A stretch of DNA of 64,000 bases from the human T2T-CHM13v2.0 reference genome, Homo sapiens: NCBI RefSeq assembly GCF_009914755.1, contig NC_060934.1; one strand, 5' to 3'. A program made the translations under genes and the position numbers. Every line of letters starts with the position of its first letter. Within the stretch, counting starts at the first letter, position 1. Positions 58,271 to 64,000 of this stretch are shown here, one piece after another. Under the pieces are notes generated by a model. The model did no database searches. It was not told the origin of the DNA and saw only the letters and a program-made list of their open reading frames with translations.

Positions 58271-61200
58271 TCCCCCTCTTTCCCAAGAGTCACAAACGCC
58301 TGACTTTAAATTGGGTAGAGCCCAGTTGTAAACTTAACAGCCCTGCTGAGGTCTAGGAATGAAAAGATGAACAATCTGCCCCCAGGGTTGTTGCTGGAGC
58401 GGGAGGTGAAGGCGCAGGTGGAGATGGTTAGAGGCAAAGGAAGGGAAGTCAAGGCCCAGCCGGTCCAGGGCTGTGGGAAGGAGGCACACCCGGGAGTCCA
58501 CTGCCGGACCGGGGTTCCCAGCTGCTCCTGCGCCTCTTTTCCTTGCCACATCATGCTGTCTGCACAGCCCAGCAACCCAGAACTCAGCTTTTTTGTTTGT
58601 TTTATTTTAATGTATTTTCCTTTGAACCTGGCAGGTGGTTTTTCAAAAAGAAAATAATCAAGATTTGTTTTGAAAAGCATTGTGAAAAAGTCAGCTTGAA
58701 TAGTCTTGAATGCTCCTGCTCGGGCCCAGCTTTGGAGAATGAGGATTGGGATTTCCACTGCAGACCCCGACTCGTTACCATACTCATTCATCAGAAAACT
58801 CTTCATTTTGTGTACAAATAACGTTTTGAGGGTAATCATTGCTCTAGAAATGAAGAATTATACATCGTATTTATTGCACTTTTTGTAAGGTACCTCACAA
58901 GGCACCTCCTATACATTTAATCCTTTGATTCTTGCAACTCTGTAGAAGGTAATTAAGGAAGCATTCCCATTTTACTGATGCAAAACAGTTCCTTGTCCAG
59001 GTTTATACAGCTTGCAAGAATTAAAGTTAGATATTATTCTTGGTGTGGGCCTTTCCTATATCCCCGTCTTTTATAAGAGCATGTCATTTAGTTGAGACCT
59101 TCTGCATTACTTCTGAAGGGGTACAAAAGACATTTCTGATGATTTTCTCATCTCGTGTCATTTAAATGGTGCTCAGAAAGTTTGGATAGGACTGGAACTC
59201 TAGGGCTCAAGCCCCAGGCTCTGTCCCTATCTAAGCAATAGGGCAGCTGTCCTGCCAGTTGGGTTCTTGCTTCTTTGTGAAATGTTGAGCAGAAGCTCCA
59301 AGTCTCTCTGCTGTGGCTTGTGTGGCAAGAACCATCCTGAGGTTCTGTGCAGAGAGCCAGCCTCACCTTTGAGCTCAGTGGCCTCTGGCACAGGGAAATT
59401 ACAGCTGGGCAGTGTCCTTTGCCTTCTCTGGCACTGCTAGTGCAGGAGGCAGTGTTAGCTGCTACAGGAATAGCATGGAGCGGGCCTGCAGGCCAGAGGG
59501 GCTGAGACAAGCCAGTGTTCCCACCAGACCTAGAACGTTCACCAGAAAGCAGGCCTGCAGTGACACAGCTGCAGAAGTTCACTATTTTGTGCCTGTCCTG
59601 CTTCAGATATCCTGTCTTTATAGGGGCACGAGTGAATCTGAGCCCTGCAAAAGAGAGAAAGATAATGCTGCTTTGCCGTTTTCTAGTGCGTTACCGCATT
59701 AAAAATTGCTCTTCTTATATAATCTTTATGACAACTCTTTAAAGTGCCCTTGTTTTTAAGAAGACACTGAGGTTCAGAGGGATAAAATAACTCTCAGAGT
59801 CAAAGAGAGAAAACCCAGGATTATTGGCTTTTAGCCCAGTGTCTTCTGTGGTATTGCCTTGCCTTCCTATCCACACCCATATAACTTGATGAAGCCGGAG
59901 TTCTGAGCCCAGACAGGAGGCTGTGCAAGTGAGATTAGAATGGCTTGCTCTTTGAGGGGTGGGGGGCCCTACAGCTTGAGGAAACAAGAGGACATAATCA
60001 GCTACTGGGAAACCCTGAGATACGCCCAAGAGTGAGGAATGTGGGGGCTGGTGCTGCTTTCAGCATCTATTCAGAGGTTTCTGAATCTGGCATTTGAGAG
60101 TAGGACTGGGCCAGAACCAGGCAGATACACACCCCAAGGAGCAGGGCTGAGAGTTGGAGACTGAGGCAGGTAGGTGAGAGCTCATTGCAAGTGACTGATT
60201 TTGTGGTATATGAAGACAAGGGTGGGTGGAAGGGCATCTGTTGCTCATAAGGCTCTGTGTGCCTGCATCATCAGTATGCTAGACAAGGATGGACAGAGTC
60301 TTGTTATTGTGGGGAAGAGAGGTGCAGAATGGCTTCTCAGCGGAGACTAGGCAATGAGACCCTTAAGACATTTGGCTTCAGATTATAAGCTGCTTACCAA
60401 GGATTGGGCTTGGGAGAGGCTGATGATGTTCTCTCCAGGCAGCAGATTTCCCAGGCCCTGTTTACGGGCAGTCTTGCTCTTAGCTTGCCTGAGGCCAGTG
60501 AACAGGCTTCAAGACCTGCAGGGCCCCACTTCCTGAGCCCAGACTGCCATGCTATTCCAGCCTTAGAGGCCACTGGCCCTTGGCTGGCTGCCCAGGACCT
60601 AGCGTGTCTGATGCAGGATAAACAGTCATGGACTGGAAGTTGGGAGACCCAAACCTGAGTCCCAGTGCAGCCACTGACAACCTGCCCTGCCCATGTGACC
60701 TTGGACTAGCCAGCTCCTTCTCTGAGCTTTAGTTTCTTCATTTGCTCAGTAAAATGAGCTGAACCAGCGCTTTGAGGGAAGGAGAGGGAAACAGAGGAGA
60801 CCAGAGAAGGAAGATGAAGCATCCTTTCAAGACTTGTTCACTGAGGGCCTGAGGCAAGGAGGCCCATGTGCACTCTTAGTTTTTTGTCTCCCTCAGCACC
60901 TTTTCTTGCTTCTCCCCTATCTCTGCCTCAGGCCAGCTCATTCTGAAGAGGGACGATTCCCTGGGTGGGGCTGGGCTGGGCAGGTGTACCCTTGATGTTT
61001 AGAATATGATGCTGTCTCTACTTGTTTCAGACATGATTTAACTCAGCCAGTGCTGATACTTTGTTTCATTAAGACTTTATCAGTTCCTGCCCAGAGGCAG
61101 CTCCTGGAACAGTCAGGAGTTAGGCCCAGCAAAGGAGGCAGGGTGAATGTGCACACCCAGCAGAAGAACAGTGGTGGCAGGGGTTCCCATGGCTTTCTAG

Positions 61201-62849
61201 ACATCAGATCCCTGTAGTTGCAGTCACATGGTACTTTAGAGTCTTTGGATGTCAGAGCTAAGACAACCTCATAGAATTTTGAGTTCCTTCCTCTGTATAG
61301 ATGATGAGATCCAGGCCCCGAGTGTCTTCATACCTTAAGTCAGATTGCCCTGCTAGTGAGCAGTAGAGCGAGGACCCAGCCTAAGGTTACCTAAGTCCCA
61401 AGCTAGAGTGTTTTCTTTAATATCAAGCCAGCCCTGTCCAAAATTGCCTTTCATACTGAACTGAAATTGGAATTGAGTAGTTATAAGTTCCAAGTCTGCC
61501 TCACTGTGGAATTCTAAGAGTAAAATTCAGATAATTTAATTAACATTTAATGCCTGATAATTACCAGGATCTGTGTTGAGTGCTGGGGATGCAGGAATGA
61601 AGACGACAACACATTGTGCCAACATATTGTGGAGACAGACATGTAAATAACTAAAATTTACACAATTCATTTGTGCATTGTGCAGGGTTATGGGTGTGTG
61701 CGCACACACATGCACGCTATAGAAGAGGTCAGTGAGCAGTCAGTTGTCAGGGCTTTCAGGAAAGGCTTTGGAGAGGAAGTGTTATGTGTGCTGGGCCTTA
61801 TGAATAAGTAGGCATTTACGTGGTTGGCCTGGGTCAGAGGGGGGCATCCCGGGCAAAGGAAACAACATGAGCAACACTTGCTGAAGCCAAGCTGTGGAGG
61901 GCCCCATCAGCTGGCTTGCTGAGGAGTTTATTGTTAGTCAGAGTCTGAACACAAGGGAAAGGTGTAATCAGGTGGGGGTGTGCTGGGATCGCTCTGACTA
62001 CGGCTTGGAAAATAAACTATAGAGGACCAGACTAGAACCAAGCCAGATTCATTCTGTGGTTCTTGAAATAGGCTAGGGACAGAGTTATAGGATCCTGGGT
62101 TTGGGCAGCAGCAGTGAGGTCGAGAAGAGGATGGGTAGCAGATACATTTTAGAAGATGGACAGAACTTCCTGAGTCGATGTAGGCAGTGAAGGCAAATGA
62201 ACAGTAAAATGTGAACCCCTGTCCCCCACTGTCCCCCCTCCCTGCCCCCCCATCTACTGAGCCATGGAACTCCAGCAGAGAAATCGACTTTAGTTTTGGA
62301 TGTGGTACAACCAAGACACCTACAAAACCCCCAAGTGGAAACTTTGGGTCAGAACAGCAATAGGAACTTGGAAGTCAATAACAAAGTGGTGGGAGAAGTG
62401 CTGGAAGTCACCCAGGAAGGGAGTGTGGGTTGAGGGAAGCCACCGATGTGGCAGAAAAGGAAGGGAAAGCAAAAGGAGGTAAAGAATAGACAGCAGATGA
62501 GGGGCCTCAGAGGTGCCAGCTGACTTTCCAGGCCTGGGGTGAGGAATGGGGCAAGGGAGCAGGCTGCACGAGGAGCCACAGAGAAAAGGACATCTTCTTT
62601 TATTTGCGCTAGTATGACATGTGGGCTGTGTTACGAGCTTTGCTTCTTTAGTCTGCACCGGATAGCAGAGGAGTCTGGTGGCACTTGGGAAATGTTATAA
62701 TCTGCATGACTGCAAATGACTCAAAGCTTTGCTCAACTTTTTGAAGGGCTAGGGGGCCTTGGCAGCTTTCCATTTAGATGTTTTCTGGAGACTGACTGTT
62801 GGCAGCTGAAGGAGCCCCAGGGTTTCTGGGTGGCCTGGTCCTGCCTATG

Positions 62850-62974
62850 GAGTGACTGAGCCTAGGGACCTAGTCCCGCCTCCAGCCCTCCCCTTGCCGC
62901 CTGCCCAGGCCCGTCTGCTCACCCCTGGATATACTTCTTTGTCAAGAGAAGCAGAGGTGTGGACGCTGTGTATG
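62850..62974 (+). other. PRXL2A: PRXL2A alternative non-coding first exon (5' end approximate)
   Basis: Strong donor ATG|GTGAGT at 62974/62975 with GC-box-like CCCGCC upstream; agrees with a recalled mRNA 5' sequence. Confidence 0.55.
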
Positions 62975-64000
62975 GTGAGTGCCTTGTTCCCAAGTTTGAA
63001 GCGTCTGAGGTTGGGGGTAAGAGACCGTTTGAGGAAGGGAGTTGCCTTGTATAGGAAAGAGACAGGGTCTCGAAGCTGGAAACTGAATTTGGGGCGGTGG
63101 GGGCAGTGTTGAGGAGCCTAGAATGTTCTGACTCCAAAGTGACCTGTTTTTGTTAGACTCATAGGATGTCACTGGGGATCATTAGGAACTTCCTCATGGA
63201 GTTGAGAAAAATGGGGCCTGGGGAGGAATTGATTCAGCTTAGCCTAGGGAGCCCGACTGGGTCTCGTCCTCTTGCACCCATGTTCAGACCAGAGCTGCCA
63301 CTCTGAGCTGCCACAGCTGTTGTTTGTTTGTGGCTTTATCCTACTTCACCTTCTGTGGGAGAGGGTGGATCAGATAAGCCCAGCAGTGGGGAACTGAATG
63401 CTATAGCTGTGTCAGGTGGGGGCTGGCTCTTCTGTAAACAACCCTACTATTCTGTTTCAGAGAAACTGACCCTTTCCTTAATGGAAGGGGGGATAGAAAG
63501 GGGGAGGAAAGAGAAGGAACATCTGGTGTATGGTAAATTTCCTTTAGAGTAAACATGGTTTGACTGTACACGATGACTGAAAAAACAAGGTGATTAAAAA
63601 CACATTCTCTTTAAGACAGAGGGAATCATACTCCTGGATCTCCAGGACCGACTTCTTTCTTCTTTTCTTTGTTAATCAACAATTACAGCAGATGTAAACC
63701 CACTTCTGAATGTGTGGCGAGGAAAGGTAGTCTTTCAGGCTTTGGAGTCCTATTCCTGTTGACTTGGGTCCAGGTTGTAGTACTGCTGCCTGCTGGCTCT
63801 GTGACACAGGGAAGTTACTGAACTCTGAACCTCAGTGTTAGCTGCTAAACAGGATAATCTTTGCATCACAAGACTGTTGAGTGAATGAAATTAGGCCATT
63901 ACTGACAGCTTCTAAGACGACTGGCTGCAGAGGTACGAAGGATTGCTGGCCTCCATACCTCTGCAATCTTAGAGACCCATGTGAAAATGCATCATTTCTG

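Noticed and set aside
57070-58331. Dense overlapping ORFs as a possible PRXL2A CDS
   Set aside because: CpG-island artefacts; no thioredoxin-fold/CxxC peptide, and the CDS starts beyond the window

Overview
Human (primate) genomic DNA rich in Alu, L1 and LTR repeats. From hand-spliced proteins I recognise it as the DYDC1-DYDC2-PRXL2A (FAM213A) locus, recalled as 10q23.1. It holds the 5' part of DYDC1 on the minus strand (two coding exons) and the complete 177-aa DYDC2 CDS on the plus strand. The two genes sit head-to-head on a tiny CpG-island promoter with a perfect RFX X-box. A ~40 kb repeat-dense interval follows, then a CpG island with non-coding first exons attributed to PRXL2A, whose CDS lies beyond the window. 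Almost all ORFs in the track are repeat or GC artefacts. Three observations stand out. (1) A ~4 kb stretch at ~22.4-26.5 kb, fragmented by Alus and an LTR, reads like a decayed long coding exon on the + strand, with recurring peptide motifs resembling the DYDC2 last exon (candidate lost exon or unitary pseudogene). (2) A 264-bp, ~99%-identical inverted copy of neighbouring DYDC1 intron sequence is templated into the middle of an AluY, creating a long fold-back. (3) An LTR12 solo LTR is oriented toward DYDC1. Repeat subfamily calls come from recalled consensus sequences, and their boundaries are approximate unless a target-site duplication (TSD) is quoted.
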